A stretch of 64,000 nucleotides of DNA from contig NC_047029.1 of NCBI RefSeq assembly GCF_902652985.1, forward strand, positions 22,630,001 through 22,694,000, written 5' to 3'. The stretch is from Pecten maximus (taxonomy: Eukaryota). Positions 1-14,088 of the stretch are shown here, in pieces (positions within the stretch are counted from its first letter, which is position 1; the number at the start of each line of letters is the position of its first letter). A program made the position numbers and the translations under genes. The notes under the pieces were generated by a model that worked only from the letters and a program-made list of their open reading frames with translations, was not told the DNA's origin and ran no database searches.

Positions 1-482
1 GTAATGGAACACTCCTCTCAGATCTTTGTCTGAGGCTATATCATCTGATGCTCTAATGACTGAGCTATCATGCTACTACCACACCCCTAACAGTCCCTAA
101 TGATATTTTTGATACAAAATCCTTGAAATTCATTAAAATTTATTTTGAAGTGGAATATTGCAATTTCTATTTGTTGACATATTTTTGTGCCTCATAGTCT
201 ATAAATACTGTATGCATAGCTTAGAGAAAAATAAAGATCTACAAAATGCAACATTTTTGCAGCAGTATATCTTTTCAGAAATTTCTACAAAGTGGGTGCA
301 GCTTTTCACAGAAATATATCTTTTTAGGATCATTCTTGTCATTGTAATTTTAGCTGTCACTGACAAACTAATTAACATAAAGAAATTGTAACAGTTTCAT
401 TTGTTATTGACTTGTTATACAATGTTGTCTTTGTACAATGTTGTCTCATGTCAAGTCAAATAATGTGTCAAGGTGTTGTTTT

Positions 483-513
<31 letters not shown>

Positions 514-1269
514 GAGGTTCGTGTATGATAATGTATCACATGTGTAAATTCAGGAACTTTAAAAAAGAATTGTTAATGTTTTAACTGGTTTTTTAAATAG
601 TAGATACTCCTATAGTCATCAGTCACTGGCTTTAGCTGACAAACATGTACATAAACAACAAACATAAACAATAGAAAGTCAACAACAAACAATAAACATT
701 AGACAATGAAAAGACAATGAATAGGCAATGCACATATGAATAGCATAACAATACCATGGTAACTGTTGATATTAATTTCAGTCATCACAAAAAAAAAAAC
801 ACAAACAGCAGAGTATATCTTCCATTGCTAATAATATGAACTGACTCACTGATTTACCAAATTAACAAATGTATTATTCAGTATAATGGGATTAAATTTT
901 TACACAGTTAATCAGGAATGTATGTATGTAAATTTGTTTGCTCCCTTTTTTTTATCAATGTACAGTATATCCCTTATAATAATTGCATTATCTAAAGTTT
1001 GTATTCAGTTGTACAGACAGATTTTTATATCAATTTGTGGTTAAACATGGAGATTTTAGTACAGATTTTCTATGACATTCATTTATTTTGTGTGCCGTAA
1101 GTTTTTGCAGAACCACTCCCCCTGACATACAGGACACGAAGCAGAGTGAATCACCACCGTGTAATTTATGTCTTCGAAATATCGCCAGGGACCAACAGTT
1201 GGAGGCTAGTAAATCAGGCCAATAACACAGAAGTCAGTCAAATAACAAGAACACATGATCTTAACTTAC

Positions 1270-1442
1270 TAGAGTTATACTCATGACAGCAGTATATAGT
1301 ACACTTACCAAGTAAGGACAGTCTTACCAAAGTAAGGACAGTTATACTCATGATAGCAGTCTAGTACACTTACCAAAGTAAGGACAGTTATACTCATGAT
1401 AGCAGTCTAGTACACTTACCAAAGTAAGGACAGTTATACTCA
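1270..1442. repeat. About 46-bp tandem repeat, 3-4 copies
   Basis: agttatactcatgatagcagtctagtacacttaccaaagtaaggac. Confidence 0.85.
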
Positions 1443-1539
1443 GCTATTAATATAAGCACTGTTACACATGTAAAAGCAATTTATGATCAGTCATATTTAT
1501 GACAGTAATTGTTTACACTTGCAAAAGTAACTACTCAAA

Positions 1540-3300
1540 CCTACGACAGTAATCAGTTACACCTTCAACAGTAATCTGAGTTGAAAAGTGAGTTACACTT
1601 ACGACAGTAATCAGTTACACCTACGACAGTAATCAGTTACACCTACGACAGTAATCAGTTACACCTACGACAGTAATCAGTTACACCTACGACAGTAATC
1701 AGCTACACTTATGACAGTAATCAGTTACACCTACGACAGTATTCAGTTAACATTACACCTACGACAGTAACCAGTTACACCTACGACAGTAATCAGTTAC
1801 ACCTACGACAGTAATCAGTTACACCTACGACAGTAATCAGTTACATCTACGACAGTAATCAGCTACACTTATGACAGTAATAAGTTAAACCTACGACAGT
1901 ATTCAGTTAACGTTACACCTACGACAGTAACCAGTTACACCTACGACAGTAATCAGTTACACCTATGAGAGTAATCAGTTACACCTACAACAGTAACCAG
2001 TTACACCTACGACAGTAATCAGTTACACCTATGAGAGTAATCAGTTACACTTACGACAGTAATCGGTTACACCTACGACAGTAACCAGTTACACCTACGA
2101 CAGTAATCAGTTACACCTACGACAGTAATCAGTTACACCTTCAACAGTAATCAGTTACACCTACGACAGTAATCAGTTACACCTACGACAGTAATCAGTT
2201 ACACCTACGACAGTAATCAGTTACACTTACGACAGTAATCAGTTACACCTACGACAGTAATCAGTTACACCTACGACAGTAATCAGTTTCACCTACGACA
2301 TTAATCAGTTCCAATTACAACAGTAATTAATTCCACTTACGACAGTAATCAGTTACACTTACGACAGTTATCAGTTACACCTATGACAGTAATCGGTTAC
2401 ACCTACAACAGTAACCAGTTACACCTACAACAGTAATCAGTTACACCTACAACAGTAATCAGTTACACTTACGACAGTAACCAGTTACACCTACGACAGT
2501 AATCAGTTACACTTATGACAGTAACCAGTTATACCTACGACAGTAATCGGTTACACCTACAACAGTAATCAGTTACACCTACGACAGTAATCAGTTACAC
2601 CTACGACAGTAACCAGTTACACCTACTAGTACTACAGTACAGTAATCAGTTACACCTACGACAGTAATCAGTTACACCTACAACAGTAATCAGTTACACC
2701 TACGACAGTAATCAGTTACACTTACGACAGTAATCAGTTACACCTTTGACAGTAACCAGTTACACCTACAACAGTAATCAGTTACACCTACGACAGTAAT
2801 CAGATACACCTACGACAGTTATCAGTTACACCTACGACAGTAACCAGTTACACCTACGACAGTAATCAGTTACACCTACGACAGTAATCATTTACACCTA
2901 CGACAGTAATCAGTTACACCTACGTTAGTAATCAGTTACACTTACGACAGTAATCAGTTACACCTACGACAGTAACCAGTTACACCTACGACAGTAATCA
3001 GTTACACCTATGACAGCAATCAGTTACACCTACGACAGTAACCAGTTACACTTATGACAGTAATCGGTTACACCTACGACAGTAATCAGTTACACCTATG
3101 ACAGTAATCAGTTACACCTACGACAGTAACCAGTTACACCTATGACAATAATCAGTTACACTTACGGCAGTAATCAGTTACACCTACTACAGTAATCAGT
3201 TACACTAGTGCTTACGACAGTAACCAGTTACACATATGGCAGTAATCAGTTACACCTACGACAGTAATCAGTTACACCTACTACAGTAATCAGTTACACT
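1540..3300. repeat. 22-bp minisatellite, about 80 copies
   Basis: Unit agttacacctacgacagtaatc. Confidence 0.97.
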
Positions 3301-5153
3301 TATATATAGACAGTAATCGGTGATGACTGTATAATCAGTTCCATCTTACACAGTAATTAAATACAATAAAGTATGATAGTTACCTCAACCTTTGATTATA
3401 TGTTTTATACACTTCCAGGTATTTTTCTATGCTATCCCTATATTCACAATATTGATTTCCAGTGTCCAGCTTAGCTTGACCACAAGATTTATTTGGGAAA
3501 CCCTGTTTCAAAGATAGCGCTGATTATATATCATGTGACCGTTTTGAAAACAAGGCAGTCATTTTGTAAACAGGAAAACCTTATGTATGGGGAAACACAG
3601 TATGTATATATGTACACCAGTTTTTCGACATCAGATTTAGTTATAACTCTTGCATGAATGGGTCCTATTTGCTGTGCATGGTGCAATTCCCTAGCGAAAT
3701 CCTAGGGATTTCTTTTGCTCATTTGGCCATCTTTTCTTTTATAACTTGTTGTAACCCTTTTAAACAGCATGCAGCTGATTAATTTTGGAACACATTTAAA
3801 AAATGTTTACAGGTGTGTGCACTTATCATATATGGCGAAAAACATTTACACACCCAGACCTTTGATAAACAGCAAGAGATTTCCCTTCTATAATTATTAA
3901 TTCACATTTTCGTGCACACATTTCAGTAAAATCAAATTGTCATTGTTCATTATAAGGTCATACACTTGATAGATATATGGAACAATAAAAAAAGTACAAA
4001 AAAAAAGTTTTATTGTGATGTCACTTAAGTTATGACAAGAATCAGTTACTATATATAGTAAGCTTCAAAAATAACAAAGTCATGATCACAACCAACGAAA
4101 TTTTTGCAACAACAAAACTTTTAACTGATTCATGCTCCCGCAGTATTTACACTTACAACAGTTACAAATTCAATTACTTTCAAATGCTAATAACTTATTT
4201 ATCATGGCCCAAGGGGGCTTACACATAAACTTGGACTTAAAGTCGGTGGTGAGTTTATTGCAGGACAATTAAATAACATGAGTTAGCATTTTAATCAACT
4301 GCAATAAACGTCGACATAGATGGGCTTATTACCAGGCATGGACTGTTTGTAACATAAATATTCCTTGATTTTATCATTTTGTCTCCCGGGAATAACAACT
4401 TTGTTAAGCAACTTTAATACAATTTTGAGAGGAAAATATTATTTGTTAAATTTTACTACATTATTTTTGGATTTGTTTGATTTTATCTCTACCTCAATAA
4501 TATTTGTTAAGTTTTAATTATGCGTATAGGTCGTGTTGACCTTAATACAACTATTTATTATTGGCATGTGCGTCAAAATTTATCAGAAAGTTTACACAAC
4601 ACTGTTTGTGTGAAGTTGGGGAATGTCTGATAACACTGGAGAGATATCTGGTCACTCCCTCGGTCAGCTGGGCCCTATATATACCTATACAGGATCAGTC
4701 TGTATTGTCCAGTCCGTTTACACCCTAATCAGGTATTGGTCAATGCTGGACTTATCTAGCCATTGGCTTTACCTCATTACAGCCAGGTCAGACCACCACC
4801 GCACCAGTCCGCCACGGAAATATAAGGCCAATTTCAATATTGACTTGGGTTACTTTGTTGTCTCTGGGTGTTTCAGCTAACAATATGAAAACTTTAATTC
4901 TGTAGAATTTAACCTTCCCTTGTGGGTAAGCTCTTCTTTAGATAATACAAAGTCATATATCCTACAAATAGGTGATTAGGAACTGTTAATTCAATCGTAT
5001 CCTGTATAATTCTACTTTACTATCATAATTCCAGTCAAATTCTTGGAGTTAAAAAATTAGAAAATTTACAGATTAGTTATAAATATAAATCATTTCGGTT
5101 AACATGCATTGGGAATCGGTTTGGAAATTCAATTGATCTATCACCATAATTTC

Positions 5154-5236
5154 CAACTTCGTTAGCCAAAGGTGTTCAATACAATACTCTAAGGAGAGTA
5201 TCGTATTTAACACCGCACCCTTAGCTAGCGAAGTTG
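5154..5236. mobile_element. 83-bp hairpin mini-MITE, 9-bp TSD, termini related to the 34856 element
   Basis: caacttcgttagc...gctagcgaagttg; TSD cataatttc at 5145-5153 and 5237-5245. Confidence 0.8.
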
Positions 5237-6385
5237 CATAATTTCTAACGCCACTAATGATTATTTACTGAAATGTGGAACAGAAAAATATTTAGTAGAG
5301 CAGTTTTATGATGATCAAATGTATTGAATATCTTATATTTCAAGCTAAATTCAGAAATACAGTTTTAAAGCATTTTATGGTAAAATGGAATTCATAATTT
5401 TTTTTCTCTTTTAATCACCGTTCACGACTGCTGTAATATGCCCAATCAAAATTGATCACAGAATTCTACCACGTTCGCTATGCAATGCCAGTTTTGATTG
5501 GTTTAAAACTGTATTATTTGCCAGTAATCCACTCTCGTGTCAATAATACATGCTCGTGAGTCACGGCTGTTACAATCTTTCCCCTCCAAAATTGTGCATT
5601 TGTAAACAAACATGACGTTGCCAAAACGTTTAAACGTCGGAGACGGTGTATTTTACAACGGAGAAATTTGCCAGATTGTTAATTTCGATCAACCCAGAGC
5701 AGACTTCGCTTAACAATATGTTGTAAGGTCAATTTCCACAGGCAACCTTTGGAGAGTATTTCTACATGTATTGCTGGCCGACATCCCCGAAAGTTCTCGT
5801 AACGTTACCGTCAACTGGCTTGGGATTGACGTCAGCTTTTGAATATACATTAGCATGCACGCCTTATCATTTCTTGTGAATTGTAACAGCCATATGCATG
5901 TAGCGACACATTTCCTCGGGGTTTCTTTGCCGTTTTTCTATTAGGAAGAGATAGATCTCAGAACTAAACAGTACATGGTAGAATAGAAATAATCAACTTT
6001 GACTAGTAAGTGTATTGTTGCAGGATAAACAACTTGGACTCGGATATTTTGCAATTTTTATTAATAACTCAGGCCTACGGCCCTCGTTATTAATCTAATT
6101 GCAAAATATCCTCGTTCTTGTAGTAGATCCTGCAACAATACACAAATCATCATTAATTATTTCTTAAATAAACCATGATCACTGTCATTATCTGAGGTAA
6201 AATGTTATTGATTAATTAGTTATTTTAGTTATTGATAAAATTAATTGATCAGAAAAAACAATGGAATCCAGTGAATTTAATAATAATGATCACCTTGCAT
6301 CCTTGAAGTTAATTTTGTTTTTGTCAAGATCAAGTTTAAGGGTCATCTTAATTTACTAGTCTGATTTAATACATTTAACTATAAC

Positions 6386-6496
6386 CACAGGGGCTTGATA
6401 TGTTCCTATGACCCATGGATTATTTATAATAATAAGAGATATATGGTTGGACCCTGGGTTAATTTTTCATTCTGGGTCATCTGTCAAGCCCCTGTG
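6386..6496. mobile_element. Small MITE-like element
   Basis: TIR cacaggggcttga / tcaagcccctgtg; degenerate 8-bp flanks actataac and agtatacc. Confidence 0.6.
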
Positions 6497-6924
6497 AGTA
6501 TACCAGTATTATGATATAAACCAATATTATTGCATGAGCATGTCATTTTTCCATAAAAGTACATGTACCACATGATATATATTTACATATATTTATATAC
6601 ATGTACATGTATATATAAAACAATAATAAGAACAAAACAAGAGTACCACAAAATGGAACACTATACATTTGTCCATTGCCAAGTACACAATCTTTTCATC
6701 AAATTGCAAAAAAATGGAAATGTAATATTATAAATAAGAACTGTCAAATCAAATTGCTGATAAAGAAAACACAATAAGATGTCATGACAAGATATCCCTG
6801 AGAATGTATATGCTCACTATAGTATGATTTGTGTTTGTTCAAACTTTTTCTATCTTTTCTGCTGAATTATCTGTCTTGTCAGCATGTATAAGCAAAATAT
6901 GACAGCGCATTTTTGATGTATACT

Positions 6925-8028
6925 TACACTGACCATACCGGATGTATGTCTACACTGACCATACCTGATGTATGTCTACACTGACCATACTTGATGTATG
7001 TCTACACTGACCATACTTGACATAAGTCTACACTGACCATACTTGATGTATGTCTATACTGACCATACTTGGTGTATGTCTATACTGACCATACTTGATG
7101 TATGTCTATACTGACCATACTTGACATATGTCTACACTGACCATACTTGATGTATGTCTAAACTGACCATACTTGATATATGTCTACACTGACCATACTT
7201 GATGTATGTCTATACTGACCATACTTGATGTATGTCTACACTGACCATACTTGATATATGTCTACACTGACCATACTTGATGTATGTCTACACTGACCAT
7301 ACCTGATGTATGTCTAAACTGACCATACTTGATGTATGTCTAAACTGACCATACTTGATGTATGTCTAAACTGACCATACTTGATGTATGTCTAAACTGA
7401 CCATACTTGATGTATGTCTACACTGACCATACCTGGTGTATGTCTAAACTGACCATACTTGATGTATGTCTAAACTAACCATACTTGATGTATGTCTACA
7501 CTGACCATACCTGATGTATGTCTAAACTGACCATACTTGATGTATGTCTACACTGACCATACTTGGTGTATGTCTATACTGACCATACTTGATGTATGTC
7601 TATACTGACCATTATTGATGTATGTCTACACTGACCATACTTGGTGTATGTCTATACTGACCATACTTGATGTATGTCTACACTGATCACCATACTTGGT
7701 GTATGTCTACACTGACCATACCTGATATAGCTGTGTACATGTAGATATCATACATGTACATGTCTACACTGACCATACTTGATGTATGTCAGTTTGTCTA
7801 CACTGACCATACTTGGTGTATGTCTATACTGACCATACTTGGTGTATGTCTACACATGTACACCATACCTGATATAGCTGTGTACATGTAGATATCATAC
7901 ATGTATGTCTACACTGACCATACCTGATATAGCTGTGTACATGTAGATATCATACATGTACATGTCTACACTGACCATACCTGATATAGCTCTGTACATG
8001 TAGATATCATACATGTCTACACTGACCA
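6925..8028. repeat. 26-bp minisatellite
   Basis: Unit tacactgaccatacttgatgtatgtc; longer composite units after about 7720. Confidence 0.95.
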
Positions 8029-11000
8029 AACAAAGTTACACATAGACAGACATTCATTGCTTTCACTGGAGCATGAACTATGAAAATAAATTCCTATGTT
8101 TGTAAATGTGGATGTCTATTTTCTATAGCTAAGGCATACAGCCGCATAGTTGAGGAACAATTTCAATTAATGGATCAGATAGTTATCAATGGAGATACTA
8201 AAGGCATGTTGTTAAAAAGTATGTATTGTTATAACAGGAATTCTATTGTATAGACAGTGTTAGTAAATGCACAGAAGAAAAAATGTGCTTCAGGACAAGA
8301 TCTCCCTGTAGGGTTTTCAATGACATGATCCTTCGGAGAATGTTTTTGACTCGATCATAAGACTGCACTCTTATGTTTGTAAGGTTATTTCTATTTGACA
8401 TGACCCTTTAGACTTGTGATTTGACTTCTGATAATGCTATCTTTAAGAATTAACCAAGATAACACTGTTCCAAAATAACTATTCACTTTAGGTGTACTAA
8501 AAGTTGAGTATTTTTTATCATAAAAAGTAAAAGTGAAAGACACATCCGCAGTAAACAGGAAGTTTTACCAATTTAATAATCATGGAACAAATCTCCAATA
8601 TATACTACTTTCCAGTTATATTACAATGTGAAAACCTATATATCTTATATTATTCAGTAGCATGCCTAAAACTAGCTATCTATATACCAGTAGGGTAGGG
8701 GTGTGTGGGAGTGAGGGGTGGGGGGGTAAACTTTTTGATACCATTAAAGAAATATAATGGTCATGGGTGCTCTAAATTTCCACAAGAAAAACATGAGTTC
8801 TGGACTCAAATATCCAAGTCCCAAAAATCATTATTTATTTACAACCGTGGTGATTCATTTCCATTTGTCAATGAACAATTAAAACTTGGACAATAGTCAG
8901 CCACTCAAGGCATTGATTCAGAATGTAGATATTTTCTTATGTATGTACATCCAACACCTACTTAATACTGATAAAACTGCTACACATGGATTTACTTCAG
9001 TAAAATTACAATCAAATCCACTCAACCAAAAAAGTGTGGAAATTTTTCTGGCAATGAATACCTAATTTGATATATGGTATGTTACAATTCTACTATAAAG
9101 AAACCTTATACATAAGTTTCTGTATGATAGGTCAGCCTTTTTCCTATGAGGGTCATTTCTGAGAGGTGGCAGTCCTCCAAAGTGCTGACACTTGATACTG
9201 TGAACATCATCTACTAAATCATTATGTCCTATACAATGAGATATGTTTGATACCTGATACATGTCAGTCAATAAGACTACACTAGTTAAAACAATACCTT
9301 TGATTCTGTGATCCTAAACTTGATTAATTAACAAACTTGGAAGCATATTCCTATATATCCCCATAATATGTGTATATGGTCAGTCAGCCCTAAGATTTAA
9401 CTAGCCTACATTATATGCCTCTAATATTGATGGCTTCCGTAATAAAATCCTAACAACTTCCCAGTTTCATGTTATGCATATATACACTTTTCAAATTTCC
9501 AAAACTAAATTGCTGAGAACATCAAGTTTAAATCCACTGAGGTTGTTTAAAAAGTGTTGTATTCACTGATCCAAAACACATACCCCTACTGAACCACTGT
9601 ATGAGGGGAAAGCTCACAATGGTTGTGTAAATATTCCATGAATGTTCACACTTAATCACTCAATATCACTATTGCATGTACAGTTCCACTTGAAGTATTA
9701 TCATTCTATTGAGTGGAAGAGTATACATGCAATGATTATATTGTGATAAAAAGGTGTGCATTTCAAAAGCTAAGTACACCTGAAAAGTTTTATAAAATTA
9801 TAGCCACTTATGATTATCTCCCCTTACGCAATTAATATGTGATAACCAGGTCTGACTGACTGACAAAAGTAATGCATACATGTATACATACATACACTTA
9901 TACTTTTATAGTCATAAGCAGGGCATAGCACAAAACTATGATACATGTATTGTATAGAGATGTAGTATACAAAAAACACTTACAGGATATAAGTATTTAC
10001 ACATCTATCGTTTGATGCTGTGCATTGAAAGCTATCTAGTGTGTACATGTGTTGATCCTGAATTAATATGTTACATTACACACAACTAAATGTTATCAAA
10101 CATGTTCTCATTCATTTCTTACCAATTGTTAATAAACCCATGCCCTGGTCATGATCATAAGCCTATTACAGTTCAGCAAAGATGCAAACAAATCAGATCA
10201 CTACTATCATTTCATGCAATAATATAAGTTCACTCCCAAGTATTTTTTGTACGATTTTTTCATAAGAATCTCAGCAACATTTCCAAAATTTTGATGAGTC
10301 CTAATGCTAAGAAATACACTGGGGATCGACTCAAATTTGAGGAATAAGTACCACAGTAAAATTATGACTCAAATATCTGAGTCTCAAAAATTACTGACTT
10401 CCTACTTCGATGAAAGCCCTGATCTACCATACACATTTATACACCCCTTGAGGTATAAGTGCATATTTCCATTTCTGTTTATGATCCATCAATTTATCAA
10501 TCATTGATTTCTTTTGAAATTGTGTATAAACAATTTTGAATTTGACGGTGATTCCAAACACTATAAATACTACATTAGGATGCTAGGAGTATATTTATCC
10601 ACACAAACACAGAACTTTTAGACACTGTTGCTGGTAAATTCTGTGATATAGGATTATCTGATATACTCATACAGAAAAAAAACTGTTTAATATGGCCTAA
10701 AATTTAGAATAAGTACTTCAAATAACAGATTTATATATGTACACCATGTATTCAGTATGCATATCCTGGACACAGTCATACTTGAAAAAAAAGATAATGG
10801 CCTATAGCATTTTATTTTTAGAATATGTACTTTAAATTCAAATACCAGAGGTAAACAGTATGCATATCGATAAAATAAATTTATATTCTTTCATCCAAAA
10901 TTTACTCTTATATTGTCCCAAATGGCCGCTCATCTGTCATTATATTAGAAGTCTTCCTATTTTTCCGCTACTGTATATACATGTACTACAGTACAGAGAA

Positions 11001-11627
11001 TGCCTCAAATGATTTACTCTATGGCTGTCAATGTATGGCTACTACACTGTAATAAATACATGTATAGGGAAATTCATAATATAGAAAATATAGTATAAAG
11101 TTCATAGTGTCTATTAGATAAAGAACTAGGTTTATAGTATCCTATCTCAAGGAAGAGTAAATAAACTTGTTTTTATTTTAGGGTGCTCTTCTATTTGAAC
11201 ATTGACCTTGGCATTGCCAACATGATGATATCTAATCAATAGATTGTTTATATTAGTGTTTCTTTTTTAAGAGATAGTCAGATAGATGGGTTATAATGTC
11301 AGTTTTCCATGTTTTTCTCCCGGGCACTGACATGTGTATCTCAATATCTTTATTTAATCTGTTATCATTGAAAAGAACTGAATACATTGTACAACTCTAA
11401 TTAATGTAGTAAAACAGGACATGCAAAATGAAGGACACATTTCAATGACAAGTTATATTGGTGGATCTGGGGAAGAGGATGTTGGAGGGGAGGAGGGGGG
11501 CAGGGGTCTATAGGGGTTCATAACATTAAGCGAAGGTTTGATTTTCAGCACATCAAAGTTGAACACTCAACCCTACTTGACAGCCTGGACCCACCTCTGC
11601 AACACATTGTACAAGATCTATGCTCAC

Positions 11628-11761
11628 CTGCCAATTTCTCCCTGGACGTCATACTTGTCTGCGAGGGCACCACTTACGATGGAGGTGTTAGGCTGGTATT
11701 TACAATCTTTTTGGAATCCGTCTACACTATTGTGATAATGGACACTGTGTAGTCCATTCAT
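11628..11761 (-). CDS. First coding exon of a DAPK/DRAK-family (STK17-like) Ser/Thr kinase; rest of gene probably outside the window to the left
   Basis: Minus-strand ATG at 11761 reads MNGLHSVHYHNSVDGFQKDCKYQPNTSIVSGALADKYDVQGEIG-AG|gtgagc. Y-x-V-x-x-E-I-G-R is the start of kinase subdomain I. A phase-2 intron just before the second Gly of the G-loop is typical of STK17A/DAPK1. No second exon recognised in 1-11627. Confidence 0.6.
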
Positions 11762-12189
11762 TCTGATGCTATAATTCCAATGTCTTCATCCGAAACTACA
11801 CACAATATACTAATCTATCGCAGTTGTCAACATCATAACAGTATTCATCATTTTCACAAACAGGTCGTTGTCACAATTGTTCATGGATTCTTTGAATTCC
11901 AAAGAATATTGTCGCAATGACTTGGAATTCCTGAAAGTGTTCAACCTAAATACACGTTTTGCCCCAGTTGTTAAGGTCACCTTGTTCGAACATAGCCACT
12001 TCGATGGCTTCCTGTTTCAGGTTGTAATCATGTCCAGCTCCTGAGTGTCTAGACCGTGCGATCGGAAAGTGCACTTACTTTTCCTTTGACGTATGTTACA
12101 CACACTGTGTATTCCAGGGTGACTGTCGTTCAAAAGCGGAAATGGGCACACTTCCACAAAGGTCGTCTCATAACGAGACTCTACAAAAT

Positions 12190-12500
12190 AACGTACAAAA
12201 CGGACACGGTTGTGAATAAAATATCCGGAATTTACTTCCTATAAATACGTTTTTGTCATTACATTATTTTTACTGGAGAGACTTAAGAAATATATTTGCG
12301 TGTACATGTTATCATAAGTGTTATAAAACTTTCTCACTACACAATAACGATATTAAACTAATCGTAAAGTTTAATAATGTCTTTCTTTTTCTTCCTCACC
12401 GGTCGGTTGACATTTTATAATCGCCCTGATCTACATGTGCACTTTGGCCAGTATGTTTACATTTTGACCTGCGGTGTGCCTCAGGCTGAGGACTTGAGTG
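12190..12500. promoter_or_regulatory. Probable bidirectional promoter (kinase / COASY) and COASY non-coding first exon
   Basis: Lies between two divergent genes. ETS-like sites CCGGAA and ACTTCC at about 12225-12240, CpG-enriched. Candidate donor GTG|gtaggt at 12501. Confidence 0.45.
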
Positions 12501-13147
12501 GTAGGTCTAATGGTTTAAGTCGATAATACATATATGTAAAGTCTGTGTTAGCATCTTATAAAGTCATAAAATAATCATATGCAAGACATAAGAAAAGAAT
12601 ATGTACATCGATTTGGAACAGAGTGATGACATGCCATATCTGTAGTTTGTACAGGCCTAATAATGTATTGTAGAAATCTAGTTATTACACGCAAGCAGTT
12701 CGACTATATTTTTCGTATAAACACCAATTTCTCATTAATTTTATTAGTTTTCTTTTGCTTTGTCGATGACATTGGGTGTTTGGTTAAGCCCTGACAAACT
12801 GTCATGCTTCTCATTGCTATTCACTGATGAGGGTAATACATTTATTAGAAATAAGGGAATATTTATCAGTAATAAATAATATTTTTTCCTAATGTACAAA
12901 AATATTTCCTGGTGACATAGCTAAAACAGTTTGTAAAAAACCTCCATAAATTTGCATCTAACAGAGACAAATGACACAGGAAATATTTATGTTGAATTTA
13001 TATAAAAAAAACATGAGGGACATTTTTATTTGAAGATAAAATCCAGATGATTTTCTTTAAATATAAAAATTATATATAATCTAACCCACAATTGGATGCC
13101 ACTCTATGCAAAGGGGCTAAGAGAAGCATGACCTGAATAAGTATGAA

Positions 13148-13276
13148 TGTAACAGGAGAGGAGAAAATGTAGCGGCCAGACCCGGATTCGAACCCGGGAC
13201 CTCCGAACACTAGCCGGATGCTCTACCAGTTGAGCTACCTGGTCACCGATGATCGACCCAGTCCAGTCCCGCTACA
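13148..13276 (-). mobile_element. Solo LTR of a second tRNA-LTR TRIM family, containing a near-intact tRNA-Thr(AGT)-like cloverleaf
   Basis: TG...CA ends; 4-bp TSD TGAA (13144-13147 and 13277-13280); minus strand GACCAGGTAGCTCAACTGGTAGAGCATCCGGCTAGTGTTCGGAGGTCCCGGGTTCGAATCCGGGTCTGGCC followed by TTTT. Confidence 0.85.
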
Positions 13277-13769
13277 TGAACGCATAAATTAATGTCACTC
13301 AATAACGATATTTCATGCTAACAATGTCTTCAGTTATACCAAAAATATATTTCACAAATGGGGCTTATATTTTGATATGTACTTTTCAAGAGTGCGCAGC
13401 AAGTTCCACAAATGAAATACATTTGTATATTTTGTATTACTGAAGATACTGTTAGATATTCTGGTTATTACATTTTTATAGCAAAATATGCGGGTCAGCT
13501 TTTAATTTTCCCCATTGTCATTTGTAAGGAGTGTTTTGATTGTTAAAAGTGATATTTTAAACTAGTGAAAAATATCATAAAATATCACTTTTATAGAATG
13601 AATAATTTTTGATATTTCACTGGTAAATATGTAATAAAACCTTGTCCCTGTAAGTATGATGTACATCTTTAGTATATAGGCCTTCTTATGTATAAATTGT
13701 GATAATCATAATTTAGTGTAATTGTGTTTTGTTTTATGAGAGCCTGATGTTACTCTGTCCTCACTATAA

Positions 13770-14088
13770 TAGTGAACACTATGTTTAGTACGGACCTCCA
13801 TATTTACTTATTATAATCCAATGTTATGTTTTGTTTTAGGCGAGCCAGCTGTGACCCTGTCCCCGAAGTGTACAACATGTTTAGTACGGACCTCTGTATT
13901 TACCAATTATAATCAAGTGTTTCGTTTCAGGAAAGCCAGATGACATCCCTAGCCTGTCCCTAACTATGATAGAGTACAGTATATTTAGTACGGACCTCCA
14001 TATTTACTAATTATAATCCAGTGTTGTGTTTTATTTCAGGCGAGCCAGCTGTGACCCTGTCCCCGAAGTGTACAACATGTTTAGTACA
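13770..14088 (+). repeat. Tandem duplications of the COASY acceptor and start-codon region
   Basis: ttttag|gcgagccagctgtgaccctgtccccgaagtgtacaacatgtttagtac at 13840 is identical to the exon start at 14040; degenerate copies lie around it. Confidence 0.85.

Noticed and set aside
1111-1290. GC-richer segment after tttttgcag with open frames
   Set aside because: No recognisable protein motif and no partner exons; could be an enhancer or repeat fragment.
9062-9271. Minus-strand ORF as a possible second kinase exon
   Set aside because: No G-loop continuation (GKF/GQF) or VAxK motif.
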